Assembly (NCBI GenBank): GCA_012295275.1
Contig: CM022676.1
Location: forward strand, 14,384,001-14,448,000
Source of the DNA: Chrysomallon squamiferum
Lineage: Eukaryota; Animalia; Mollusca
Direction of reading: 5' to 3'
DNA: 64,000 nt
Translations under genes and position numbers: made by a program
Part shown: piece by piece, positions 35,198 to 48,512 of the stretch
Numbering within the stretch: the stretch's first letter is position 1
How the letters are laid out: each line of letters begins with the position of its first letter
The notes under the pieces: generated by a model
Told to the model about the DNA's origin: nothing
What the model saw: only the letters and a program-made list of their open reading frames with translations
Databases searched by the model: none

Positions 35198-38100
35198 CTA
35201 CATCTTCTGGGTGATGTTTTTTGTCAATGTTCTCTTGGATGTTAGAATTTTCTTCTGCTTTGTTATCTCAGTTCCAGTCTTTTCAATGTTCCTTTCACTG
35301 CCCAGTTCAACATTTTCAGTTTTATTTGTTTTCTTTGCATTTTGGTTTCTTAGTGATATCAAACAACATGTTATGATTATACAAAGACCTGTTACACTGA
35401 TAACTGTAATGAGGATAATACAAACTAAATTACAGCCAGAACCTGATACCAGGTTTGCAGTTGTTGCTGGAACACTTGTTGTACTTCTTTCTTCAGCTAG
35501 AAAGGAAAAGTTCCTATTTAGGCTAATTAATGGACTTGCTTCCACTGCTTTGATAATTTCTATTTTTATGCAAACTGATTCCTTATTTAAGTTAAATTTT
35601 AATTGTGTGTGTGTGAGTGTGTGTTTTCATTGTAACTTATAATCCAATTTTATAGATAACCATTAATTTACATCCACAAAATAAAATTTTCAAAATAACA
35701 TTTAAAATACATAGTTACCTTTATCTCAAATATTTATAACCATTAATAAGCTTAATATAGACTTCTAGCATTCCTAAACAATGCTTTTTCTTCTAACAAA
35801 AATAGCTATGGCCTTTTTGATTGTTTCTTTTACCATAAAATTAAAATTAATTTATAAAATTGTACATTAAAAAATACCCAGCCCCCAAAACAAATAATTA
35901 ATATTTCTTTATATTTTCAGCAAATAACAATACCTTTTTTTATTTAAAACTAAATTATCTAAGTGCTCCCAAATTCTTTAAGTTAAAATTTGTTAACCAT
36001 TTTTAATTTTTTTAAATCCAGATATCTATAGCCTATTTTTGCACCATATCAATGTGACAAATACAGATAATCTCATCTTTGGTTTAATGTAAAACCCAGA
36101 TTTCTAAGAAATGTGTTTCAGAAGTTATATTTCTTACACATGTACTAACTACAGATACTTTTATTAATGTACTAATTCTTATATTTACCTAAACTTGAGA
36201 TTGTCTATCTCTATATATGAAACTGAGGAAAGATAAATCAAAGACAAATATTAAGTAAATAATATATTAATAATGATAATAAGTGAAGAAACTGCCTTTT
36301 ATCTACTGATGAACGCAAATAACTAAAGTTCTGTTTGGCATTTATAATACCCTTTTACAGGAAAATATATGATAAACTTTTAAAGGTAATTTCTAATCTT
36401 AAATCTGCAATATTGTTGATGTGTTATTTATCTAGTGGATATATATTTTACCATCATGATAACACATTACTGTCACAATTTGAATTTACTAATCCCTGTC
36501 ATAATTTTATAAATGCCTATATCCCATAGTTGGGATAGTAAGCACCTTAGGTACTGGCATCTTGACAGTAAGTATAATTATCCAGAGAAATACCATGTAC
36601 CCCAACAAAAGAAAAACACAGTGAGATTGGAAAAGCCCTTTTAAAACAGATATTTTGAGAAAAAAAAAAAAAAAAAATGATTTCTTAAGTCCACATTTTA
36701 TTCATGATTTTCCATGAACTGTCTAAATAATAAACTCTTTCATAACTATATTAATTGATTATTACATATGTATTATTACCAATATTTAAAAATCAAAAAT
36801 ATGATTTATGAAAGGATTTCCATTAATGGGTTATGTAGAATTTCAATCTGTGCACCTGTATTATAAATTACAATTATAAACAGTGTATTTATATAATATA
36901 ACTACAATACATTTTATATTATTGTGTGCGAATATCTGTATTTACCCTCTCAGCCTCAAAATGCATACATAGTACAATTCCCAACCAATTTTACATCTAC
37001 ACACATCTTTTTAGAGCATTTTAAATTTATTTAAAAAAATAAAATTTAAAAATAAAACAATAAATGGTATGAAGAATCTTATCCACAGGGAATTAAAAGA
37101 AAAAGCACAAGTCAACACATTTTCTTTGTCAAATTACATCAGAGTAAAGTGGAAAGGAGAAGTATCTGCAAGAGTGACATAGTTTAATATATAGCTGTTT
37201 TTTTGTTATTTTTTAGTTGTATTTTTTATCATTTGAGGCAAATTGCTCAAGGTTAGTAGGCTTTGTACAAACATTTGTTTTAAAGAATGAAATGTTTTAT
37301 ACATAGCAAAACCGCAAGTTTTTCTTAAATTTAATGATATTCAACATAATATTTGTTCTGATACAAGTCTATCATCCACACTGGTTATATTTAGTTACAA
37401 ATTAGCTGAATGCTGTCATGAGCACCAGGATTTATTACAATGGAAAAACTTCTCCACTTAAGTGACATGATGGCACAGAGTAATCAGTTTTACACTGGCA
37501 TCATCTCATTGTTAGCATTAGCTTTTGTTGTAAACAATGCATCGCTGGTCCTGTACAGACTGACACCTACTGAGAGTAGATAACTCACAACTTCTCCTCA
37601 TTCCTTTCCACATGCACATACCCATTAATTTGTAAATGTACATATTAAATGCAAAAATAAAAATAAAAATAAAAAAATATATAAAAAATGTATACAAATT
37701 CAATTTAATGAATAATATTTAATGATTTTATGCAGTATGCTACATTTTTTTTTTTTTTTGAATATTGCCAACAAAGAAGTTGCCACCAAGTGACTACAGA
37801 ATACATAATTGGCATTTGACATGTATGTGGCTGTTGTTATACAGCAGCTCTTTACTTTTTTTTTTTTTTGTTTGGTAGTAAGAAATGAAAAGAATATAGG
37901 AAAGATTATCAAATAAACTGTGTAGAACTTACCTTTAACAGTCAGTGTGAAGGTTATACTTTCAGATTTTGGAATATAAGAATTGTTTGCTATACATGTG
38001 TAAACTTCCCTGTTCTGATTATGTTTTACATTATCAAGATGAAGCTGTGAAGAATTGCTTATTTCAGTTTGTTCAAGCATCCAGGAAAATGAACAAGGTG

Positions 38101-41100
38101 GATTACAGTCAGCAACACAGGTTACATCCAGACTCTGTCCTTCTATAACTTCACCAGGTACTGATTTATTCAGTGTGATGTTGGCTGGACCAGCTGAAAT
38201 GCATGTTTTAAAATATGAAATATAAATATTTTCACAAATAATGGAAGATTATTTCAATTAAATATTTCTGAAATAGTTGTTAAATAAATATACAGTTTCA
38301 GAAAATTTGTGTTTTATGATTTGAAAATAATAAAATAAAATAAAATAATAATAATAATAATAATGATATAAAACAAATGCTTTCATTTTAAACTGACACT
38401 GACCATGATCTCCCCAAACTGGATAATCTTAAACATTTCACATGATTGTAACCGAAAGTTACGAGACTGAGCCAAGCCTAGCAAGAGGCATGTTTCATTA
38501 TATAAAACTGAAAATAAAATGTGCCTTTTCATCAAAACATCCTTATGAAAGGCTGAGAGACACATATACAAAAATATTTTAGAAATGTTTTAACAAAGGA
38601 ATAATCAAAGATTTCAGAATAAAAACAATATATTTATCATATTCTTTAGCATTTCTGTACACCTTTGCCTTTTCATCTGTGTTGATTTTATTTTTGTTGT
38701 CTGCTCTAGTACTGATCCACCAATTGTTATATTTGTATCTTTTCCATGCAAAATTATTGTCATACACAACAGCTAATGAAAAGACTGTTCAGCAAGAAAG
38801 TGTACAACTATAAGCCACTGAAACCCACTTTCTATTTTGCTACATTCTCTAAGTTATTAATGCAGATCTTCTGGTTCCTTGACAAATGAAAACTGTCATC
38901 ACCTCGTGTTGTTAACCTAAAGCTAAATGTATCTGTTGAACCAAAGGTAATATTTCTGAAATATTACTGTTCTGCATTAATAAATATATTATCAGTCATT
39001 CAAAACATACAAAGATTTGTTTCATCACACTTGTTTCTTTGCTAATTACATGTTTGGCTTTTACATCCTTTATTTATGAACTGATTAAGAGTATTTTATT
39101 ATTCTTTTCCCTTGAGTATGTTTTATTTTCTCTTTCTCTGCAATACAAACCATGGATATAATTAACAGAAACAGCAGAGTAGAAAAATCACATTTAAAAA
39201 AGTCTGATATGAAAGAAAACACCTTCCCAGTGTTACATGACCAAATAAATGTCTATCTCACTGTCGTAAAAATTCATAAAATACAAAATCCCCCAAACAT
39301 TTTTATAATTAATACATCTACTCAATATTATGTATCTTAGAAACCATTTGCATTGTGGTTTTTAGTTTTCATATCCTATGATAACAGAATTGGAAAACAG
39401 TTTGGTGAATTTGATTTAACAAGCCTTGACTATCTGCTAGTTTATATCTTCTGTGACATCATGATCTTGAATACAAAGCTATGCTATATCCTAAGCTGAT
39501 GCACCTTGTGAGTGGTGTAACTTAAAAATGTGGCAATATGGCCTGAAAACTATTAATATTATAACAGCATTTCTTGATTTATTTTCTTCTATAGGTTTTT
39601 TAATTAATTTTTTTTATTACACATCTCACTGTTCCTGGTGATACTTTGACCATTTGTACTTTCTTTCCCTCTGTATACAACCTTTGAATCAAAATAAAAT
39701 TTAAAAGAAAAATTAAAAAAAGAAATAAAAAGAAAAAAGGTTTATTAACCTGTATTTTTAGCTATGATATTTTTGTTTGTACAACCTAGAACTTTAATTT
39801 CTGTCATTTTGCGAATTATTAAAGCATGGAGGTGTTTTGCACACAGCACTCAATAAAACTACTTGACTGTTTTAAATGGTCTGCCATTTCTGGAAAAGCT
39901 GTGCAAACTGCACTTCTGGTATTTGGAACAAAATGCGATACAAAAATCAACTAAAACTACCAGCTAGGAAGTGAGTGACTTTCTAAATCTACTGGAACTA
40001 AAATATTTCAAAATTGTTAACATTTCTTACATTTTTTTGAATTTAACAAGTGAATAAGGAAAATCACATATCCAAATTGTGACTAATCAACTTTTTTTCC
40101 GACTAAGGATTATACTGGGAGAAAATTGTGATGTTCATGAAGGTTTTGATATATAATATTCATGTTTCTTTTTCAGCTAAAACTGGATGTAAATTAAATG
40201 TTTCAATAAACTGCTTGATTCCTGATTTATGTATGTATGTTTGCTATATTTATACCCACTGAACCAATTTAATTTTCTGAAGCAAGATATCTAACAATTT
40301 ATTTAGCAGTCAGACAGTGCTCTTAACTGTTCACAAAACTCTTAATTACCTCCAGTTAACAACCTTCACAGTGACACAGGTTATCAGTTTTATATTCTAA
40401 TATTTCATAATAATCTTTTAAGAATTCGTTTTCAATATTAGGTATAATGTGTGGCCACATGCACAAAGACTGGACACTGCTAAAACTTACTTAAAACTTT
40501 TCTCCATTTAAAAGGCCACTGAAAAATATATAGAATTTTAAGTGACTGCTTTTAGCATTTTCAGTGAAAAAAAGAGTGTATATGCATGTAAATGTGAATT
40601 TTTACATACTTAAAACAGTCATGTTACATGTAGTTCCAACATCACCAGTTACGTCTCCATCAGTACATGTCCAAGTTCCAGCATCCATTTTAATACTGAA
40701 TGATGTTATTGTAAGTGTCACATCATTTGTAGTTTGGTCAATAGTACCACTGTAGCCTGTCATTCCAGAACTTGTAAAGCAATCAGTATGATCAATACCA
40801 CAAAAAACTACTTCCTCTTCACCTGGTCGAAACCACCTGATGCCATTTTGCACTGTCCCATTTACTCTGCAAACAAGTGTTGAACTTTTTCCAGGATATC
40901 CTCCCTCTAAACAATCAATGTATGTTTTTGCTATTTCACCTGCAAAATATATATTCATTCAAATAGGTTTATATCATTACAGTATATATTATAAATATAA
41001 TCAGGAATACTTTGAATTCAAATATCTGCAAATAAATAAAAAGGCTTAATCCCCACCTCCCAGAAAATGTTTTTATGGTTACACTTTTTTTACTTTTTTT

Positions 41101-41249
41101 AAGATATGGAAAAAGACATAACATTAACTCTACCTTAATATCATTACTGCCCTTTATTTAATTTATTTTGTGCAAACACAGTACTCAATAATAATACCTT
41201 TCACTGAATTACTTCCAATTAGCACAAACAGCAAAGTTAGTTTGAACAT
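35198..41249 (-). CDS. Type I membrane IgSF protein (signal peptide, V-like Ig, I/C2 Ig, stalk, TM, tail); 313 aa as sequenced, tail probably frameshifted
   Basis: Exons 41249-41198 (MFKLTLLFVLIGSNSVK), 40939-40610, 38193-37933, 35496-35198 (LVCIILITVISVTGLCIIITCCLISL); phase-1 GT-AG introns; 942 nt. Confidence 0.78.
37933..38193 (-). CDS. Ig domain 2 exon of the - strand gene
   Basis: GPANITL...VIEGQSLDVTCVADCNPPCSFSW...LHLDNV...YTCIANN; TTTCAG acceptor, AAG|GTAAGT donor. Confidence 0.9.
40610..40939 (-). CDS. V-like Ig domain 1 exon of the - strand gene
   Basis: STLVCRV...GIRWFRP...C...C...VTLTITSF...DAGTWTC; TTTGCAG acceptor, A|GTATGT donor; 330 nt. Confidence 0.92.
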
Positions 41250-41393
41250 AATTACAGACACTGTGACACCTGCAAAAACAATTAAAATAAACATATCACT
41301 ACACTGGAACAAATAAGACAAATGACTCAACTGAAACTGATTTTTTGTTTGTTTTTCATACAAAGATTTTATTTTAAAAATATAAAATATAAA

Positions 41394-41403
41394 TTTCACT
41401 TCC
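41394..41403 (-). promoter_or_regulatory. Candidate Ets-IRF composite element GGAAGTGAAA
   Basis: TTTCACTTCC on + strand, about 145 bp upstream of ATG 41249. Confidence 0.3.
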
Positions 41404-42594
41404 GACAGAAATGATATTCACTGAATGAATTTGTTTACGTCAACAGTTGCCATTTGAAGATGCCAGGACATGGCTAAAATTGAGGATTTTGTGTCTTTCA
41501 GCCCCAGACCAAATTGTTTCAACTAGCTACACTTGGTGATCAAAGTTTTTTTTACCTCATTTCAAAAAGAGTCTAGTTATGGCAATGACAGTATTTCTTC
41601 TTTCTCATAATATGTCATAACAGAAGATCCATCAATATTAATGGAAGGCACAGTATAACAAGCATGTTGAGGGTAGAAACCTTAAAACACAGAAAACAGC
41701 TTTCAAGGTATTTAGTTTATTTTTGGACATTACCTTAGTTACCATGGACAGATCTTAATAATATATGGGCAATTGAACCATGTCAACATTATCATGATAT
41801 TCTGCTAATAAGAATACAATATTGTTATTAGAAAAATAATCCAAATAAGTTACCTATTTTGTAGTTTCTGTAATCATTAAGAAACATTTTGGGACAAAAT
41901 TCTTATTTGAAATTATGGTTGATCAAATGTGGGGTCTGTCATGTAGGCTATTTTTGAATGCTAATAACTTTAACTATTATAAAGATAATTTATGTTATGC
42001 TGGAGAATCTAAAAATGGACAATTATGTACATATCTGTTTTGACTAGGAGATATCTAAAGTTTATTTTTTTATCATTTGAAATGTATATTATTTATATTT
42101 TGGGAATCTGTTACTTTCTGATTATTTGTCATAGATACAAATTGTTGATTGTTTTGAAGTATGTACCTATGGATATTTCTTTAAGGAAAAGATTATATGA
42201 ATCCAGAAAACAGATTAATATGTAGTTATGGTCCAAAGTTGATAAAAAAATAACAAAATGCAAACAAATATGCATGCATATCTGGGCTGATCTGACAATG
42301 TGGGAATTACCTAGCACAGTGAGCTTTTAATACTGTTATTTATTTGCTGTAGGTGTTCCAACATTGGACTTTCTACAAATGTTCAGATTGTCCAGGTATA
42401 ACATGTGTAATGTAGCAAGCTTCAGCTCAGTATCTTTATAATAAAAGATGTTATAAGCTTTCAAAAACACCCTGAAACATCTTGACATAGTTTTTATTTT
42501 ACAATTTAACTGATTTTTTATTTAGTTTTCATAACTACTTCAGTTGTTTTTTTATTATAATGCAACTATAACTAAAGTTTTGTTACAATGAAGG

Positions 42595-42650
<56 letters not shown>

Positions 42651-43139
42651 GTTTGTTGTTATTTTTTGTGGGGTTTTTAGGGATAAATTTTACAACCAAA
42701 AACAAATTCATTTTGATAATGATTGATCATAATATAAACATCCATTGTCAAAAGGCATTAGACACCATATTACATTGGCACTCAGGTACTGGCACACAAA
42801 ATTCTAAAAGGGACAAATACTGTCATTTAAAAAAAAAAAATTCCCTGTGTTGTAGATATTTTTAGCCCCCCCCCCATAAAAAATAATAAAATAAAATAAA
42901 ATAAATAAATAAATAAATAAATAAATTAAAAATTAAAAAAATTTATAAATCTTAAAAACATGTGTCTATCTTTATTCCAGCAAAAGTTGTAGTTGATTCT
43001 CCAATTTATAATGCAATGTTATTGCCTAATGCTTAGTAATGGCTGCCTGAAAGTGAATATTACCTCCAGTTTGCTGGAACATAATCTGTCAGAATGATAT
43101 ATCAAATTTGTAGGCAGTCTTTTCTGTCACTTTCTGTGA

Positions 43140-43200
<61 letters not shown>

Positions 43201-44704
43201 TGCTAATATTTAAGATGAAAACAATTTAAAATTCAAAATCAATATAAAATAATAATATATAAATTAGAATCCGATTATCATTAATATCAGTAATAAAATG
43301 AAATTCGACAGATATATAACAATTAACAACTTACGAGTGAAGTTTGAAAAACGTCTTTGATACATTACGAAGACTAATGGCGTTTTATCGACTGCTCTAT
43401 TTGGATTTCCATATTCGACCCTGAATTAGTGTGTCGTCCAATGAACATTAATTCCAAATTCAGTTATGCAGTACAGTCACAACATTTAATTATTTTTCAT
43501 AACAGTTGCATTTCCCACAATTTTACTCGGCTGGTCATATCAATGACTATCACAAACTGACAAATAATAGCCTACTGACTGACTCCATTTTTTGTTTTTA
43601 GTTGTTATTTTTTTTGTTTTTTTTTTCAGCCAATAGCGCCCTTTATGCTGTGAATTCGGCCTTCAAAAGGTGACAACTTTCAAATAAGTAAAGTCGTTTA
43701 GCACAGTCTGTAATATATATAAACAAAATATACCATCAGATGGTTACAGGGCAGAACAGTAATTAAATAAAAACAAATTATGTCTTATAAAAATAATTTT
43801 AACAGAAAATCCACATGTTGACGTATCTCGAATATCCTCTGGTATTTTTGCTATAGTGAGACGACACCTCGCGTTCATTTGCGCTATCTCTCCTTTCTCT
43901 CTTTTATTTGTTTATTATTATTCATATTATTCATATTCATATTTATTATATTCATATTTATTATTATTATTATTATTATTTAAGTTATTTCTGATGTTAA
44001 TGTATTACGAAAACAAAACATTTCTGAAATGATTCTATGCAAAGGAATCAGTTTGTTATAATCAGTTCTGTGGCTTTGACTTTTTAGATTATTTTAGAGG
44101 TTTGCAATGTATTTCGTAACATGACTGATTTTACCCAGCTTAACTATGATCAACCTAACTACAATGTTCTGATTTTGTTGTCTTTTTGTTATAAAGGTGA
44201 TTTTTATTAAAACGACATACAGTTAACATAACTGTGATAACATAAGATACTGAAATAAATCTTAAATCTGGGCACATGTGGAAGAACAACTTGGTCTGCA
44301 GTTTTAAAGGGAATTAATTTTCTATTTTTATTTAATTTTTATTATTTATTTATTTATTTATTTGTTTTGTCTTCACCGGAAATTTTTTTCTCTCAATGGA
44401 AAGAGCATGAGAAAAGAAATAACGATAACAATAATAAAATAATACCATATTTATGACGATAACTTGAAAATCATGAAAATTTTATGTTCTGAATATTCTT
44501 TAACTTTCTGAAGCTACATTGAAAAAAATATTTTGTTGGAAGTTCATTATCTTCATGAAAAAGCAAAATAACTGTCTGAAATTGTTACTGCATTAGATGA
44601 AAGTGCTGCATATGTTAAAGTTATAGCTGTATCTGTTTATCTATCTATTTATATAACTACAAACATGTAATCTACTGGCAGCATTTTGACTACAGGGCGA
44701 TAAT

Positions 44705-46850
44705 CTGTCGCAGATCCAGGTTTTCTGATGAGGAGTCCATGACAAAAAGAGCACCATAACATTATGAGAGGGTACATTTGAAAAAGTACACATGGTTCAC
44801 ATGGACCATAATATTGTTGTGCTACAACAGGATTGCTGGCAGATGTATTATACAGTGTCCTTATACAGTGTTAGTACTAATTACCGTGGAATTTGAACAA
44901 ATGAAAACGGTTCAAATATCATGTGAGTTATAAATCTAGCAGCTCCATCGTCATGCAATGATTTCTAAATTGCATCAGCAATTGCATTACCTGTCGTCCG
45001 CTCTAACTGAACAAAATCTACAAACATCTCAGCAGTCGCAGCTTCTTCATTTCACACCAACAAGAAACCTCAGTCACACTAACACAACTTCCCTGTTTCC
45101 GTCACCTCATCAGAAATTACAGAAAAATACTTGGAATGATTTTATTTCTCAAATACTCTCCGATAATTTTTATTATCTCATTCTTTATTGTCTTGCATGA
45201 AGAAAGCCCATTCATCCCCCCCCCGTATAGGAGAACTTGTGGTCAAAAGTGTTAGCATTGGCATGTACTTGGTATGTCATCTCTGTGACAACGAAAGGCA
45301 ATATTTTGTTTTCCACAAAATATTGCGGCTTCAGTGATACTTTTCAGGATATAAATATTTGTTTTGTACATATCGTTCTTTTTTCATTTAACAAAGCATC
45401 AACATGACGACCTAGATTTTTTATTGATTGTACAATTTCTGAATATTCAATGACAGCATTTTTGTTATTCTAGTTGCCCATATGTATCTACGATGCCTTG
45501 TTTTCGTTTTGCTTTCTGGAGATTTTTGAATGATCTATTAACACGAACTGCATTCACGGTTCTAGGGCAACTGACCCTAGACAACTGCTACCCCTCCATT
45601 TTTTTTCCAGTAATGATTGTCAAGAATAATAAGGACAAGTTTTTAATACTTCAAAAGTAACACTACATATAAAACGAAATTCAGAATAGTCTGTCCACAG
45701 TTCTCTAGTAAAGCTTTGTATAGCAACAGTTCATCCACAAATACAGGCCCATGTATACTAAGTTACTTCTTACAAAAGTTCACTGACACTGTTCAGTTTT
45801 CACACTTTTATGTTGTGTGCTATTCCACTCAAATAGTCCAGGACGTGTCGGTTTTCACGGTGTCTGACAAATCTCAACAAACTGATGCTTCTTGGTATTT
45901 TCGATGAAGTGGTTCAGGTGCTTCCCCGCCAATCATCCGGTTTATTTCCACTTCGTTAGTGCTTGTTCACGCTTTACAGTGTCTATACACTTCCAGAAAT
46001 TCAGATGGTAGGCTCCAATGCTTGATTGGAAGCAACGGTGCCACCCTTCCTCGAAGTTCTTAGTTCGCGACAAATTCCTTTCCAACCTCTGTTGCATGTT
46101 CCATAGTTTCTGATAGTGCTTCAACAGATGCCGTGACTTCATCCACTGGAACGAATGCAACTGTAGCTGTCTGACGGATCAGTAAAACTCTTCATCACTA
46201 TTGTAACGAACTGTCGAACTAATGAGTTGTATTTTGCGCCAGATGCATTGGTTCAAATGAAAGAAGCATCCAGTCACAGTAAGAAATCACGCTCGTAAGA
46301 AATCACTCCACTACTGAATTTCTTCTGTCGGACATACATACAGTTTTCGAAGGCAAGTTTTGGATGACCACACTCTGAATCAGTGAACTTCATCTTATAG
46401 AATAAAATATTTTTGCTACACGTCATGACCTAATATACTGTTTCATTCATCTCAATTACAGATCATTTGCCAAAATCATTCTGAGTGGTATATTTGAAGA
46501 AATATTGGAGGGGTGGGCAGTTGTCCAGGGGCAAATTGTTCTAGAGAGCAGTCGTCCGGGGACAATTGTCCTCAAACCCTGCATTCACTAATCTTGAGTT
46601 TTCTGGAGGAAATAACACACAGTATTTACAACGTCCACCAGCATCTGAAGAACTGTAAACCAACCGTGTGAATTGCTTTAACCACGACGACTGAAATTTT
46701 AATGTTTTGGAATTTACTACTGCGTCCCTTCTTGACTGTTCACATAAATGTTTATAATTTGATGCAGGCTTAAAGTGATCGTCGATGTATTTTTGTTTTT
46801 CACCAGGCTTCGACAGTAAGGCACGTCCGAACGACATTGTCTAGTACACA
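44705..46850 (-). mobile_element. Degenerate hAT transposon (THAP12/ZMYM1-like, DUF4371-type transposase) interrupted by a MULE
   Basis: FQSSWLKQFTRLVYSSSDAGGRCKYCVLF; after the insertion ILKSITEAAIFCGKQNIAFRCHRDD, YFSVISDEVT, FVDFVQLERTTGNAIA; many stops and frameshifts; ends approximate. Confidence 0.82.
45558..46578 (-). mobile_element. Internally deleted Mutator-like (MULE) element with TIRs and TSD
   Basis: Flanked by direct repeat CTGCATTCAC (45548-45557, 46579-46588); imperfect TIRs with GGACAACTGCC subrepeats; relic motifs GCFFHLNQCIWRKIQ and LWN...RTKNFEEGWH...H..FWKCI. Confidence 0.9.
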
Positions 46851-47010
46851 ACTGGTTCGGTCTAATCACAACTGTTTCTGACTAGTCCGACTGGTCGTGA
46901 TAATAATGTATGAACTGTGCATTAATTTGCCATCCAGTGATCCTACAAACATTAATATATTCCATTTTCAGGCATCAGAGGACTGACGAATTATTAAACT
47001 ATTCGTTACA

Positions 47011-47121
47011 ACTCGGCTGGTTCCGTACCTCATGATACATTCGGAACACCTCGTACATTTCTATAAAATATAAGTGTAGAGGAATGTGACGAGGTGTTCC
47101 GACTGACCGGAATCGACCGAG
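47011..47121. repeat. About 110-bp imperfect palindrome (MITE-like)
   Basis: CGGAACACCTCGTACATT pairs with AATGTGACGAGGTGTTCCG; outer CTCGGCTGGTTCCG pairs with CGGAATCGACCGAG. Confidence 0.7.
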
Positions 47122-47138
47122 ATGAGCTGAATATAGAG

Positions 47139-47405
47139 CACTGGTTTTCAACCTTTTTCATACCGTGACCCCTTATGAGCAATTCGGTATGACCGATGAC
47201 CCCCTTTAACATTTTAAAGTCACTAATATCTAGGATTACCATATTTTCATCAACCAAAGACAATATGAAAGGAATCTATATTCACTATGACGGGTTCCAA
47301 ATCAATCAACACGTTTATATTTATTCCTCCTTCCAAGTCAAGTTGAAAAAAGCTAAAACATACCGTCGCTGAAGAAAGATCTCGCGAACCCCGATCTCGC
47401 GAACT
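47139..47405 (+). mobile_element. Non-autonomous hAT-type fragment
   Basis: Begins CACTGGTTTTCAACCTTTTT...CCGTGACCCC, resembling CAGTGGTTCTCAACCTTTT hAT ends; GCGAACCCC subterminal-like motifs near 47390. Confidence 0.5.
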
Positions 47406-47612
47406 ATGTGAATTATAGAGTGTGTGTGTGTGCTAAATTTATTTATTTATTTATTTATTTTTTGCCGCAATAAATCGAATAAGGCCATAAAATGCAAAAC
47501 ATACAATTGTGTACGTTCTTTGAATAAATAGTTTCCGAGTTTTTTCAAATATACGACAATCGATTCCGATTTCGGTTTGTTTACACGTGGTTATGGTCGT
47601 TTACGAGCCGAC

Positions 47613-48512
47613 ATGGACCAGCGTAAATATGGGTTTTCATCCGACAAAGAACCGCCAGAAATTGATTTGTCCAACAAAAGAAAGGGTAAGGAAGAATCTA
47701 AAGAAAATATGAAAAGGAAAAGTGAAAACGACAGTTCTGCCAGAAATGGAAAGACGAGGTGTCGTCGCTTGACTACGATGAAGAAAGCGATACCATGTTG
47801 TACATCCCATGTAGAAAATTTGAAACTGTAAGTAGATTTGTTGAGGGTACAAATAATTTTAAATTTGATGCCAATAAAAGCCATTCTGAATCCACGTCAC
47901 ATACAAAAAATAAACAAAATATTGACATCAAACGTGGCAAATCGTCAGGCACAGTTTTCACAACGCACAAGTCAATTGTTTCAGATTACAATGCACAACA
48001 AGCATTGGAACTGTGGTGGCATGGTGTGCATGTTCCCATGGAACTGATGTAGATAAAAATATCCACATTCAGTGTGTGCACAAAAGTGACTATTCAAACT
48101 CAAACTGAAAGAGTCATCACAAACCATCAACTGAAAAGTCTATATGAATATTCTATGATATTGCATTGTTTCCCACAGAGACAGTTTAGCTTGTTCCAGT
48201 GTAATAAGACTACGAGCGTTAACTTTTAATGTTAAATATTGTTCAATCATGAGTAAATTATGGAAAAAAAAAAAAAAAAGTTACCGTACCATGTTTTTTT
48301 TTTTTTTTCAATGTTCTATTCAAATATAGTTATATTGGTTAATTATTATGTATACTCTTCAAATAATATGCAGTACGAACCAAAGTTTAACAGAACTATC
48401 CCTTATTTTGCCATTCAGCAATTTGGTCTAGTTGATAATAGGTCAGGTCTAGTAAATTCTAAGACAAACTTGTCCACTGGTTTAGTAATTAAAACATTAA
48501 CGTCGAACCCTG
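47613..48512 (+). mobile_element. hAT transposase 5' relic (ZNF862/TTF-type zinc finger) with a terminal repeat
   Basis: LDYDEESDTMLYIPCRKF...FVEGTNNFKFDANKSHSESTSH resembles the hAT N-terminal Zn finger; ends ...TTAACGTCGAACCCTG (reverse complement CAGGGTTCGAC, hAT-type end). Confidence 0.65.
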
